NCBI GenBank assembly: GCA_900552135.1
Contig: URYN01000008.1
Location: 21,326-85,325 of the forward strand
Reading direction: 5' to 3'
DNA: 64,000 nt
Source: an uncultured Clostridium sp.
Lineage (GTDB): Bacteria > Bacillota > Clostridia > TANB77 > CAG-508
Positions 47,990 to 58,447 of the stretch are shown piece after piece. The notes under the pieces were generated by a model. It was not told where the DNA came from. It saw only the letters and a list, made by a program, of their open reading frames with translations, and made no database searches. The first letter of the stretch is position 1. The number at the start of each line of letters is the position of its first letter. The position numbers and the translations under genes are program-made.

Positions 47990-49111
47990 ATGGAGAAAGA
48001 AAAAGAACGTAAGACTGGAATAGACTGTCTAAGAATAGTTGCAATGATAATGATATTATTTATTCATTTTTACGGAAGAGAAGCACTTCAACCAGAATTT
48101 AACTTAAGTGATGGTAACTATTATTTTATAATATTTTTAAAAGGAATGTGCTGTGTTGCAGTAAACTGCTTCTTCCTTATAACTGGATATTTTACAATAA
48201 ATAAAAGCATTAAATTTTCGAAAACATTAAAAATATGGGGAACCACACTATTCTATACACTTTCTTTTTTTCTAGTATTCATGTTTATAAGACAGGGGCA
48301 AGTTACAGGAACCGAAGTGTTACAATCATTCTTCCCAGTTGTAACTGAAAGCTACTGGTTTATTACAACATATATTGCGGTGAGCTTTCTATCTCCAATT
48401 ATATGCATAACAATTCCGAAACTTATGAAAAAACAATATAAATACCTTCTTACGACTTTAATAATAATACTAGTTATCATTGGTCAAGTTTATCCATACA
48501 CAGGAGTATTTAACAGCACAACGGGTTTAAATCTTGCAACAATGTTGTTAATGTATTTGATAGGTGGATATATAAGACTCCATTTAAACATTAAAAAAGA
48601 AAATAGCAATAAATATTTATTAGGATATATAATAATGAGCTTAATGATATTTTTAAATGCATTTATAATGGATATACTAGGAGCGTGTTTCGGAGGAATA
48701 TTCAAGTTATGGGCAAGGAAAGAATTTGCGTATAATTCAATATTTGTGGTAGCATCATCAGTATTATTGTTCCTGTATTTTGCAAGCATTGAAATTAAAG
48801 GAAAATTTGCAAAGAGGATAATTTCAACAGTACAACCCTTGATATTTGCAGTGTATATTATGCATGAAGACATATTCGTAAGATCGAAAACCCTAGGAGC
48901 TTTAAAATATCAAAATTCTGTATGGTTTATACCTGATTTATTTATAAAAATAACTTTACTATTTTTAGTATGTTGTTTCATAGAATACATAAGACAATTT
49001 ATAGGAAGACAATTCGCTAAATTAGAACTATTCAAAAGAATAATAAACAAAGTGCAAAAATTAGATGAAATACAGGTAAAAAGTTTATCAGAACAATGTG
49101 ATAAACAATAA
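47990..49111 (+). CDS. Acyltransferase family 3 (membrane O-acyltransferase)
   Basis: TGIDCLRIVAMIMILFIHF N-terminal Acyl_transf_3 signature; 10 TM. Confidence 0.7.
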   Translation: MEKEKERKTGIDCLRIVAMIMILFIHFYGREALQPEFNLSDGNYYFIIFLKGMCCVAVNCFFLITGYFTINKSIKFSKTLKIWGTTLFYTLSFFLVFMFIRQGQVTGTEVLQSFFPVVTESYWFITTYIAVSFLSPIICITIPKLMKKQYKYLLTTLIIILVIIGQVYPYTGVFNSTTGLNLATMLLMYLIGGYIRLHLNIKKENSNKYLLGYIIMSLMIFLNAFIMDILGACFGGIFKLWARKEFAYNSIFVVASSVLLFLYFASIEIKGKFAKRIISTVQPLIFAVYIMHEDIFVRSKTLGALKYQNSVWFIPDLFIKITLLFLVCCFIEYIRQFIGRQFAKLELFKRIINKVQKLDEIQVKSLSEQCDKQ

Positions 49112-49210
49112 TAAAAATTATTATTATATTATAATGGAAGCGTACATTGAAATTTTAAGAATAAAGAGAATGATATTATAGTTTAAATGAACTGAAAGGA
49201 GTAACTAACA

Positions 49211-49780
49211 ATGAAATTACTAATGCATACCTGCTGTGCACCATGTAGCGTGTACTGTATAGACAAACTAAGAGAAGAAGGAATAGAACCAACAGTATAC
49301 TGGTATAATCCAAATATCCACCCATACACGGAATACAAAGCACGTAGAGAATGCTTAAAAGAATATACAAAATCAATAAATGTACAAGCCATATTCGAAG
49401 AAGAATATGGCTTAGATGAGTTTTGCAAGGAAGCCGTAAAAAATTTAAACGCAAGATGTGTTAATTATTGCTATCCAGTTAGACTTAGAAAAACATTTGA
49501 ATATGCAAAAGAACATGGCTATGATACTGTTACTACCACATTGCTATACAGCATATATCAGAAACATGACTTTATAAAAAAATTAATGGAGCAGTACAGT
49601 GAAGAGTATGGAATAGATTTCTTGTACAGAGATTTTAGAGTAGGATTTTGGGAAGGACACCAAAAAGCTCATGACTTAGGTCTATATATGCAAAAATACT
49701 GTGGCTGTGTGTTTAGTGAGGAGGACAGATATGCTAAGCAAATCAAACGTGATAAAGAAAATATATTGACATCAAAATAA
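49211..49780 (+). CDS. queH: Epoxyqueuosine reductase QueH (DUF208)
   Basis: LLMHTCCAPCS N-terminal motif and CGC near C-terminus. Confidence 0.75.
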   Translation: MKLLMHTCCAPCSVYCIDKLREEGIEPTVYWYNPNIHPYTEYKARRECLKEYTKSINVQAIFEEEYGLDEFCKEAVKNLNARCVNYCYPVRLRKTFEYAKEHGYDTVTTTLLYSIYQKHDFIKKLMEQYSEEYGIDFLYRDFRVGFWEGHQKAHDLGLYMQKYCGCVFSEEDRYAKQIKRDKENILTSK

Positions 49781-49888
49781 ATCTGATATAAAATTTGATT
49801 AATAGTTTATAAGGAGCAATAAATATAGGTTAATAATAAAAAAATACGCGGCAAGAACTAAATAAAAAAGGAAAGGCGGTATTTTTTT

Positions 49889-50896
49889 ATGAATGATTTA
49901 GAATTAAATTTTTCGGAAATTATTAACATGATTGAAACAAGAAGACAAAATGCTTACAAAAAAGTAAATGAAGAGCTAATCTCCTTATATTGGGACTTCG
50001 GAAAATATATAAGTGAGAAAGTAAATGATTCTAACTGGGGAGATAAAATTGTAGACAAGTTAGTAGAATTTATGAAAAGAGAATATCCTACAATGAGAGG
50101 ATTTACTAGACGTGGAATATATAGAATGAAACAATTCTATGAAACATACAAAGATAATGAATTTGTGTCAACACTGTTGACACAAATTAGTTGGAGCAAT
50201 AATGTAAAGATTTTGAGTTCTACTAAATCTATTGAAGAGAAAGAATTTTATATAAAAATGTGCATTAAGTATAATTATACTGCTAGAGAATTAGATAGAC
50301 AAATTTCAAGTGGATATTTTTATAGATATATGTTATCAGACGGAAAGGCAAATCAAAGTTTATCAAAAGCTGTAGGAGAAGAAGACTATCCTAATACCAG
50401 AATATTAGACACTTATAGTTTAGAATTTTTGGATTTACCGAATCAGTATTCGGAAAGAGATTTGAAGAAATCAATTATTTCTAATATGAAGGATTTTATT
50501 TTAGAAATTGGAAAAGATTTTACTTATGTTGGCGAAGAATATAGAGTACAAGTTGGAAATGCAGATTTTTATATTGACTTATTATTTTACAATAGGGCCT
50601 TAAGTTGTTTAGTTGTTTTTGAACTTAAAACAGATGATTTTAAACCAGAATACATTTCAAAAATGGACTTTTATTTGGAAGCATTAGATAGACAAGAGAA
50701 AAAAGAAAACGAAAATCCGAGTGTGGGTGTAATTTTGTGTGCAAGTAAAAATGAACAAGTAGTTGAATATGCAATGAGCAGAAGTATGTCACCAACTATG
50801 GTATCTCAATATACATTGAATTTGATAGATAAGAAATTGTTGGAAAACAAATTGAAGGAAATTACGAATATAGTCGAGGAAAATAATAATAAATAA
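49889..50896 (+). CDS. YhcG-like protein: DUF1016 N-terminal domain + PDDEXK nuclease-fold C-terminal domain
   Basis: GNADFYIDLLFYNRALSCLVVFELK (D...EXK) block. Confidence 0.6.
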   Translation: MNDLELNFSEIINMIETRRQNAYKKVNEELISLYWDFGKYISEKVNDSNWGDKIVDKLVEFMKREYPTMRGFTRRGIYRMKQFYETYKDNEFVSTLLTQISWSNNVKILSSTKSIEEKEFYIKMCIKYNYTARELDRQISSGYFYRYMLSDGKANQSLSKAVGEEDYPNTRILDTYSLEFLDLPNQYSERDLKKSIISNMKDFILEIGKDFTYVGEEYRVQVGNADFYIDLLFYNRALSCLVVFELKTDDFKPEYISKMDFYLEALDRQEKKENENPSVGVILCASKNEQVVEYAMSRSMSPTMVSQYTLNLIDKKLLENKLKEITNIVEENNNK

Positions 50897-51090
50897 TTTT
50901 ATAGTCTTAACGACTTATCGAATGAGAAGATTAAGAGAAAAGAAAATGTATTCGAATTACTATAAATTCCCTAATAGTCACACACAAATTTACATAATTG
51001 ACTTTCGCACAGAAATTTGGTAAAATAAAAGTGTTGGCAGTGGCCAAAGCAAATCGCATATCCAAAATAACTATTTGGGAGGTTGCAACA

Positions 51091-51669
51091 ATGCAAAACA
51101 AGTTTACAAGAAGCTACTATGTTGGTTTGTGGAGTGAAATATTATCCACATATCAATGGTGGGGACGGGATCTCGTAACACTGCTGGAAAGCATTAAAGA
51201 AACAGACCCCGTTGTTGTAGAAACTTTCTGGAAGATGTACAACAAAACTGATGGAAAGTACAGTATTAAAACTTTGAGAGGTTACAAGTTCTATGAAATT
51301 CTTTCTCGGTTTATGGGAAGTGATGAGAAACTTGAGGTAAGTACTCGAGTAAAATCACTGAAAAAAGAAAACGAACTTCTTCAGACGAAATTGTTGGAGT
51401 GTTATAGAAGAAGGGATATTTTGATTGCAATCCTGTGTTTCACGCAGGAATTTGCAAACAAGAGGGCGGACAACGTCAGTATGTCCAGATACGGAAATGT
51501 TTTGACGGCTCGCTCGGACTCAGTGGACTTCTATGCTGAGCAAGACAGAAAACGGAAGGTGACCTATATAAGGATTACAATCCCTTGTGAACTGTGTATG
51601 GAGTACTGGCTCTGTGGAATTGAAAATGTTCCCGGAATCGAGTACATCATGAAAAAAACTGCAAAATAA
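51091..51669 (+). CDS. Hypothetical protein encoded in a GC-rich (~40%) patch, likely horizontally acquired
   Basis: ATG 51091 after GGGAGG; local GC markedly above flanks; no family recognised. Confidence 0.45.
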   Translation: MQNKFTRSYYVGLWSEILSTYQWWGRDLVTLLESIKETDPVVVETFWKMYNKTDGKYSIKTLRGYKFYEILSRFMGSDEKLEVSTRVKSLKKENELLQTKLLECYRRRDILIAILCFTQEFANKRADNVSMSRYGNVLTARSDSVDFYAEQDRKRKVTYIRITIPCELCMEYWLCGIENVPGIEYIMKKTAK

Positions 51670-51675
51670 TAAGTC

Positions 51676-51720
51676 TGGGACCCGGTACTTTTTAAGTGCC
51701 GGGGTTCCGGGCTTTTTTAT
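51676..51720 (+). terminator. GC-rich intrinsic terminator (GGGACCCGG...CCGGGGTTCC/GGGC + TTTTTTAT)
   Basis: Read directly. Confidence 0.5.
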
Positions 51721-51966
51721 ATTGAAAAAATCATTAATATTTATTTGAAAAATTTGCATAAATTTGAATTTGAAAATCAAAAAAGAAAAAAATTATATAA
51801 CTCACGATAAATCGTCAAGTGAAAAGTTAAATGCAATTCTGTAAAGTAAATGCAATTTACAATAAACTTAAAAAATTTTATTATATTGTTGAAAATTAAT
51901 CAAAAAAGTTATAGAATGTGATATAGCTATAGGTTGTTTATAACAAAACAAATGAAAGGGAAAAAT

Positions 51967-52672
51967 AATGAAAAATAAAGCAGTATTTATAGTTGTCATA
52001 GTTGCAATACTAATTATTATTACAACAATTAGTATTAATAACAATGAATAAAGATACTGGCTCTTCAAACACTACATTGAATGTAAAAGATGGAACAACA
52101 GTTATTTCGGATTCGGCAATTATAAATAAGAGCAAAATTACCAAAATTATAATGCCACCAACATTAAAAAAGATTGGAAATAGTGCTATATGTGGCTGTT
52201 CTAACTTAATTAGTGTAGAATTAAATGAGGGCTTAGAGGATATTGGAAATAATGCATTTTCTGCTTGCTCTTCATTAACTTCCATCACATTGCCTAGTAC
52301 ACTAAAATATATTAGATATCGTGCATTCTATAATTGTAGAAACATTGAATTTGGAAATCTCGTAACATTGAATTTGGAAATCTCGTAATTACGGAAGGTG
52401 TAAAAACGATAGGATCGTATTCATTCTATTATTGTTTGGGTATTAAAAGTTTAAAAACGCCTACTACACTATTTATGATTGCACAAAACACATTTAATAA
52501 TTGCTATAATTTGGAAAATGTAGAATTAGGAGAAGGCCTTAGAATAATAACAGAATATCAAACACCAGATAATGTATTAGAAAGTCCTCATAGTTATTAC
52601 AATTATATGAAAGAAAATTACACAAAAAGAATAGATGGTGCAATGATGTTAAAATTAATACGAAAGGAATAA
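51967..52672 (+). pseudogene. BspA-type leucine-rich-repeat surface protein gene, decayed: signal peptide split off by frameshift near 52044 and body broken by 23-bp tandem duplication
   Basis: MKNKAVFIVVIVAILIIITT signal ORF 51967-52050 in another frame; LRR units (IGNSAFSACSSLTSITLPSTLKYI); removing one 23-bp unit restores a single frame through 52672. Confidence 0.6.
52343..52388 (+). repeat. Perfect 23-bp tandem duplication (ACATTGAATTTGGAAATCTCGTA x2)
   Basis: Read directly; causes frameshift and TAA at 52386-88. Confidence 0.9.
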
Positions 52673-52680
52673 ATTGTAAT

Positions 52681-53880
52681 ATGAGAGATATTTTAAAAGA
52701 TTATAGAGCTGATGAAAATAATCCAAAATGGAAGAACATCGTTTCAAGGCAGAAATCTCTGTACAAAAGAGACGAAGACCTACGTTCTGAATTCGAAAGA
52801 GACTATACGAGAGTAATACATAGTAACAGTTATAGAAGAATGAAACATAAAACTCAGGTCATATTTTCGCCTGAAAATGACCATATATGTACAAGAACGG
52901 AACATGTTACTCATGTTGAATCAATCAGTTATACCATTGCCAAATATTTAGGACTAAACACAGAACTTACAAAGGCCATTGCGACTGCACACGATATTGG
53001 GCATAGTCCATTTGGGCATCAAGGCGAAAGAATACTGTCAGCAATATCACAAAGAGACTTGTCAAAGAAGTTTTGGCATGAGAAAAATGGTGTAGACTGC
53101 GTAGATAAAATAGAAGTTTTAGAAGATACTCATGGAGATTTTCAAAACCTTAATTTGACATATGCAACAAGAGATGGAATTATTTCTCATTGCGGAGAAA
53201 TCGACGAAAATTATTTAAGACCCAGAGAAGAATTCATCGATTTGAATGAATACAAAGAGCCAAACCAATATGCTCCTTACACATGGGAAGGCTGTGTTGT
53301 AAAGATTGCAGATAAGATTTCTTATTTAGGAAGAGATATTGAAGATGCTATAACACTTGGAATTTTAGACGATCATCTGGAAGAATTACATCAAATCTTG
53401 GAAGAGGCTCCAACACAAGTAATAAACAATACTGTTATAATAAACACATTAATAAGAGATTTATGTGAGAATTCTTCTTATGAAAAAGGCTTGTGCTTTT
53501 CAAAAGAAATATTTGATTGGATAAATAAGCTTAAGAAATTTAATTATAAATATATTTATATGTCACCAAAAGTGCGTAAAGCAATTCCATATTTTGAATT
53601 AATAATAAATACAATATATGAAACACTTATCGAGGCTTTTGATGGAAAAAATACTGACAACAATTTGGAAAAAATGAGTAAACAATATCCTGAACTTATT
53701 GCAAGCTTTAGAGAGTGGATGGCTAGATATTGGAATTTAGAAAGGCCAGTGAATTACAAAAATGATGTAATATTTAATATGGAAAATAAATCAGACTTTA
53801 GTAATGCAATAATTTATTATATATCTGGAATGACAGATAATTTCGCTATAGAAACATATAACAAAATAATTAGATTTTAA
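52681..53880 (+). CDS. dGTP triphosphohydrolase-like HD-domain protein
   Basis: YRRMKHKTQVF...RTEHVTHVESI...HDIGHSPFGH; family pattern of Dgt-like dNTPases. Confidence 0.75.
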   Translation: MRDILKDYRADENNPKWKNIVSRQKSLYKRDEDLRSEFERDYTRVIHSNSYRRMKHKTQVIFSPENDHICTRTEHVTHVESISYTIAKYLGLNTELTKAIATAHDIGHSPFGHQGERILSAISQRDLSKKFWHEKNGVDCVDKIEVLEDTHGDFQNLNLTYATRDGIISHCGEIDENYLRPREEFIDLNEYKEPNQYAPYTWEGCVVKIADKISYLGRDIEDAITLGILDDHLEELHQILEEAPTQVINNTVIINTLIRDLCENSSYEKGLCFSKEIFDWINKLKKFNYKYIYMSPKVRKAIPYFELIINTIYETLIEAFDGKNTDNNLEKMSKQYPELIASFREWMARYWNLERPVNYKNDVIFNMENKSDFSNAIIYYISGMTDNFAIETYNKIIRF

Positions 53881-53993
53881 TTTTTTAAAACTTGACTTTC
53901 ATACTGTAAAAAAATAAAATATATATGAATTATATTGGAATAATAAATCAATAAAATGTATCTATGAGAATTAACTAAGGAGCTATGAAATAA

Positions 53994-55616
53994 ATGAAAA
54001 AAATAATGGAAATTATTGCTGAAAGAAATTATAGTGAAGAAACGAAAAAATATATATTGTTATTTATTGACTCTTTTTCAGGAGTTTATGGAAAGTTCAT
54101 TTCTAAAGAAGAGTTGGTAAGAAGAATTACAAAAAACTTAACTTCTGATATTAATTTTACAAAAAATATAGATGACATGAATATTGGTTTATATAACCAA
54201 GCTACAAGACAAATTAGTATAAGGAAAACTGAGGTTGACTTTGAACACATCATAATACATGAAATGATTCATTGTATAACAAATTATTCTAATGAAGAAC
54301 AAATTGTAGATGGCTTTGACAGAACCATAGAGGACTTTGATAACAGAGGTTTTATATCTGAGGGCAAAGGCCTTAATGAGGGAATGGTTGATTACATGAC
54401 TAAACAAATTTGTGATAAATATAATTACAGCTTCAAAAGTGGATATAAAAGATTAAATGAAATTATAAAACACTTACTTCCGTTCACAGGGGAAAGTCTT
54501 ATAAAAGAATTTTTAAGTGAAAATTGTGATGTTCGAGGAATTTTAGAAGATATTGGCATCGAAGCTGAAACTTTTATTTCTGATGTTGATATGGTTGAAG
54601 CTAAGGAAAGAGCAAGACGAACAGTTTTTGATGAAGATAATTCAAAACTTGAAAATATGGTTTCTGCAATGAGAAAGATTGCGATGATATATCCTAGAGC
54701 CCAAACTGTTACAGAGCTAATTAGAAAGTACAATTTTTTTAAATCTTTATGCAAAGAATTTTTTGATCAAAATGAATTTGATATATTTAGTTTATTAATT
54801 GAAGATATTAGAGATTTGAAGCAAAAAGGTGTTGATTTATCTGAAGCAAGATTTATGACAAGGGATGAAGCTGTTAAAAGAGCTTTTAAAGCTGATAGTG
54901 CAATAACAAGAATTATGAGTATGAGTAGAGATGAAGTTGCATTAAATTTGGAAGATTTGTTATATGAAGATGATGACACTACAAATGTATTAGCACCAAG
55001 AATACATGAATATTTATTTTATGGAGAAAAATGCGGAAAAGAGATTTCGAACAGACTATATAGTTTAATTTCTGTTAAGAATTATTTAAGGGAGCACCCT
55101 GAAATTGATTACAGAGAATTGTCTTTTGCGGTATATGATTATTTAAATATTTTTGTGGCCTACGATAAAGATGAAAAAAAAGTTAATATATATGATTTAG
55201 GAGAAGATGAAATTCTTTCAGAAACACCAGAAGGGCTTGAAGATGATACAGAAATGGTTAAAGTATATGGAAGTGTAGTTAAAGATGCAGAATATAAATT
55301 ATATGTAGCAAAAAGCCAAAGAAGGCATTTTGAGAAAGATGGAATGCCTCAAGTATTAATAGAAATTGCTGAAAAGGATTGTGTAAGAAAGCAAAGAAAT
55401 TTAGACGAGATGAAAGAAGAAATAGAAGAAAGTAAAGAACGCAGAATGACTAATATTTTACAGAATAAGCAGGCTACTCAATCAGCTGAATTAGCTGAAG
55501 CAAAAGACGTAAAAGCAACATCAGCTTCAAATGAATTAAATGCAGTAAATAACACAGGCTATACAGGTAATAATAAGTCTTCTGATGAATCTAAGAAAGA
55601 GGGACAAGATAGATAA
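53994..55616 (+). CDS. Hypothetical 540-aa protein with N-terminal HExxH (IIIHEMIHCI) putative zinc-metallopeptidase motif and acidic C-terminal region
   Basis: Own promoter-like TTGACT-17-TAAAAT at 53891-53919; no family recognised beyond motif. Confidence 0.45.
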   Translation: MKKIMEIIAERNYSEETKKYILLFIDSFSGVYGKFISKEELVRRITKNLTSDINFTKNIDDMNIGLYNQATRQISIRKTEVDFEHIIIHEMIHCITNYSNEEQIVDGFDRTIEDFDNRGFISEGKGLNEGMVDYMTKQICDKYNYSFKSGYKRLNEIIKHLLPFTGESLIKEFLSENCDVRGILEDIGIEAETFISDVDMVEAKERARRTVFDEDNSKLENMVSAMRKIAMIYPRAQTVTELIRKYNFFKSLCKEFFDQNEFDIFSLLIEDIRDLKQKGVDLSEARFMTRDEAVKRAFKADSAITRIMSMSRDEVALNLEDLLYEDDDTTNVLAPRIHEYLFYGEKCGKEISNRLYSLISVKNYLREHPEIDYRELSFAVYDYLNIFVAYDKDEKKVNIYDLGEDEILSETPEGLEDDTEMVKVYGSVVKDAEYKLYVAKSQRRHFEKDGMPQVLIEIAEKDCVRKQRNLDEMKEEIEESKERRMTNILQNKQATQSAELAEAKDVKATSASNELNAVNNTGYTGNNKSSDESKKEGQDR

Positions 55617-55639
55617 AGACAAAGGAAGGAAAATTAAAA

Positions 55640-58411
55640 ATGTCAAGTAATAGATTATTAATAATAGATGGTAACAGTATAATGAATAGAGCTTTTTATG
55701 GAATAATGAGCTCTAAATCATTGATGTCTGCAGATGGAATGTATACAAATGCGATATACGGATTTTTGTCAATTTTATTTAAGGAACTTGAAGATTTAAA
55801 TCCAGATTATATTGCAGTTGCTTTTGATTTAAAAGCTCCAACCCACAGACACAAGATGTTTTCTGAATATAAAGGTACAAGACATGCAATGCCAGAAGAA
55901 CTAGCACAGCAAATGCCTGTTATAAAAGAAATACTAAGAAACATGAACATAACTATAATCGAGAAAGAAGGATACGAGGCTGATGATGTTTTAGGAACTA
56001 TATCAAAACAGGCAGAAAAAGCCGGACACGAGGTTACTATTCTTTCAGGAGATAGGGATACTTTTCAACTTGCAAGTAAACATATTACTATAAGAATTCC
56101 AAGAACAAAGATGGGAAAGACTGAAACAGAGGATTATGATGAAAACAAGGTTAAAGAAGAGTACGGAGTTACACCCGTACAGTTAATTCAGGTAAAGGGA
56201 TTGATGGGTGATACCTCTGATAATATTCCTGGTGTTCCTGGAGTAGGAGAGAAAACTGCACTAAAACTTGTAAAGGAATACAAGAATATAGACAATATAT
56301 ATAAGGAGTTAGAAGCGGGAACTTCAGATATAAAAGGAACATTAAAAACGAAATTAGAGAATAATAAAGATTCTGCATTAATGTCTAGAACCCTTGGAAC
56401 AATATTACTTGATGCCCCTCTTGGCATTGAAATAGAAGATTTAAGAAAACAAGAGTGGAACATGGAAGCTGTAACTAATAAATTTAAAGAATTACAGTTT
56501 AATAGATTTATAGAAAGATTTAATTTAAACGGCTTAGGAACAGCTAAAAAAGAAACAAAATTAGAAGATTTATTCAAGGTAAAAGAGCTTAATATAGAGG
56601 ATAAAAAGGAAATATCAGAAGAAATAAAAAGTATTGAAGAAAAAAATAAATTTATCTATTACTTTGAAAAAGTCGAAGCCGAAGGATATGAAAATAAAAT
56701 AATAAAACTCGAAATAAAATCAATTTGTTTTGTAGGAAAAGATGATAACACAATTGTCTATTTACCGTTCGACATTTCTAGAATAGAAGAATATAGAGAA
56801 TTATTAAACATTTTTGAAAATCCAAATATAGAGAAGATTGGATATAAAACAAAGCATGATTTTGTAATTCTTAAGGAATTAGGAATTGAATATAATAATA
56901 TAAAATATGATGCTGAAATTGCTGGATATAATATAAATCCAACAGATAAAAATACTATAGAAGAAATGAGCAATAAGTATTTAGAGATAGATATAGATGA
57001 GTACCTTCAAAATGAGTTCAAAGATTTACAAGAAAATAAGAATAAGCAAATTAATTTATTTGATGCTATGCAGGATGATTCTGAGCAAGCAAAAGAATTA
57101 GCAAGAAAGAATAAATTGACAAACTCATTCTATTGCTACATTATTTCTAAACTTGAACCTGTTACATTAGAAAAACTAAAAGCTGAACATACACTCGAAC
57201 TATTTAATAATATTGAAATGCCACTTGTGCCAGTACTTGCAGAAATGCAATACAATGGAATGTTAGTTGATAAACAAGAGCTTGTAAATTTGGGAGTAGT
57301 TTTAAAACAACAACTTGAAGATATAACAAAAGACATATACGAATTAAGTGGAGAAGAATTCAATATAAATTCACATCAACAACTAGGCAAGATATTATTT
57401 GAAAAATTACAACTGCCAGTATATAAAAAGACCAAGAATGGTTATACCACAGATGTAGATGTTCTAGAAAAACTTAAGGATAAGCATCCAATAATAGAAA
57501 AAATATTGGAATACAGAACCTTAATGAAACTTAACTCTACTTATGTTGAAGGATTAATGCCTTATATAAATGAAAATACAAATAGAATTCACTCGAGTTT
57601 TCATCAAACTATAACTGCAACAGGAAGAATAAGCAGTACAGAGCCAAATCTTCAAAACATTCCAACTAGGGCAGAATTAGGAAAGCAAATAAGAAAAGCA
57701 TTTAAACCTGCACCAGGAAATGTATATATAGATGCAGATTATTCGCAAGTTGAACTAAGAGTTCTAGCACATATATCTGGTGATGAAAACATGATTTATG
57801 CATTCAATCATAATGAAGATATTCACAGACAAGTAGCTTCAAAAATTTTAAATATTCCGATGGAAGAAGTTACAAAAGAGCAACGTTCATCTGCAAAAGC
57901 TGTAAATTTCGGGATAGTTTATGGAATAAGTGATTATGGATTAGCAAACCAAATTGGTGTAAGCAACAAACAAGCTAAAGAGTATATAAGCCAATATCTA
58001 GAAAAATATAATGGCATAAAACAATTCATGGACGAGATAGTTGAAAGAGCTAAGAACAATGGGTATGTCGAAACATTATTCGGAAGAAGAAGATATATTC
58101 CAGAAATAAAATCAAGCAACTACATGGTTAGACAATTTGGAGCAAGAGTTGCCATGAATACACCTATTCAAGGTACTGCGGCAGACATAATGAAAATTGC
58201 AATGATAAATGTTTATAATGAATTGAAACAGAGCAAAATTAGTGCTAGAATAGTATTGCAAATACACGACGAATTGCTTCTTGAAGTTTCAGAAAACGAC
58301 AAAGAAGAAGCTAAGAAAATATTGAAAAATTGCATGGAACGTGCAAAAAAACTTGTAGTACCATTACAAGTTGAATTATCAGAAGGTGATAGCTGGTATG
58401 AGGTTAAATAA
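55640..58411 (+). CDS. polA: DNA polymerase I
   Basis: 5'-nuclease N-terminus (LLIIDGNS...), polymerase motifs DYSQVELR, KAVNFGIVYG, QIHDELLLEV. Confidence 0.95.
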   Translation: MSSNRLLIIDGNSIMNRAFYGIMSSKSLMSADGMYTNAIYGFLSILFKELEDLNPDYIAVAFDLKAPTHRHKMFSEYKGTRHAMPEELAQQMPVIKEILRNMNITIIEKEGYEADDVLGTISKQAEKAGHEVTILSGDRDTFQLASKHITIRIPRTKMGKTETEDYDENKVKEEYGVTPVQLIQVKGLMGDTSDNIPGVPGVGEKTALKLVKEYKNIDNIYKELEAGTSDIKGTLKTKLENNKDSALMSRTLGTILLDAPLGIEIEDLRKQEWNMEAVTNKFKELQFNRFIERFNLNGLGTAKKETKLEDLFKVKELNIEDKKEISEEIKSIEEKNKFIYYFEKVEAEGYENKIIKLEIKSICFVGKDDNTIVYLPFDISRIEEYRELLNIFENPNIEKIGYKTKHDFVILKELGIEYNNIKYDAEIAGYNINPTDKNTIEEMSNKYLEIDIDEYLQNEFKDLQENKNKQINLFDAMQDDSEQAKELARKNKLTNSFYCYIISKLEPVTLEKLKAEHTLELFNNIEMPLVPVLAEMQYNGMLVDKQELVNLGVVLKQQLEDITKDIYELSGEEFNINSHQQLGKILFEKLQLPVYKKTKNGYTTDVDVLEKLKDKHPIIEKILEYRTLMKLNSTYVEGLMPYINENTNRIHSSFHQTITATGRISSTEPNLQNIPTRAELGKQIRKAFKPAPGNVYIDADYSQVELRVLAHISGDENMIYAFNHNEDIHRQVASKILNIPMEEVTKEQRSSAKAVNFGIVYGISDYGLANQIGVSNKQAKEYISQYLEKYNGIKQFMDEIVERAKNNGYVETLFGRRRYIPEIKSSNYMVRQFGARVAMNTPIQGTAADIMKIAMINVYNELKQSKISARIVLQIHDELLLEVSENDKEEAKKILKNCMERAKKLVVPLQVELSEGDSWYEVK

Positions 58412-58447
58412 TATAAAATATAATAAATCAAAGGAGATAAAGTTATA

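Noticed and set aside
52343-52388. Possible CRISPR array or other regularly spaced repeats
   Set aside because: The only perfect tandem repeat is a 2-unit 23-bp duplication inside a coding region with no spacers, and the window has no repeat-spacer periodicity; no cas genes
52044-52388. Treating ORFs 52044-52388 and 52436-52672 as two intact small LRR genes
   Set aside because: They lack a signal peptide and an RBS and are separated by a perfect 23-bp duplication; removing it yields one continuous frame, so they are fragments of one pseudogene
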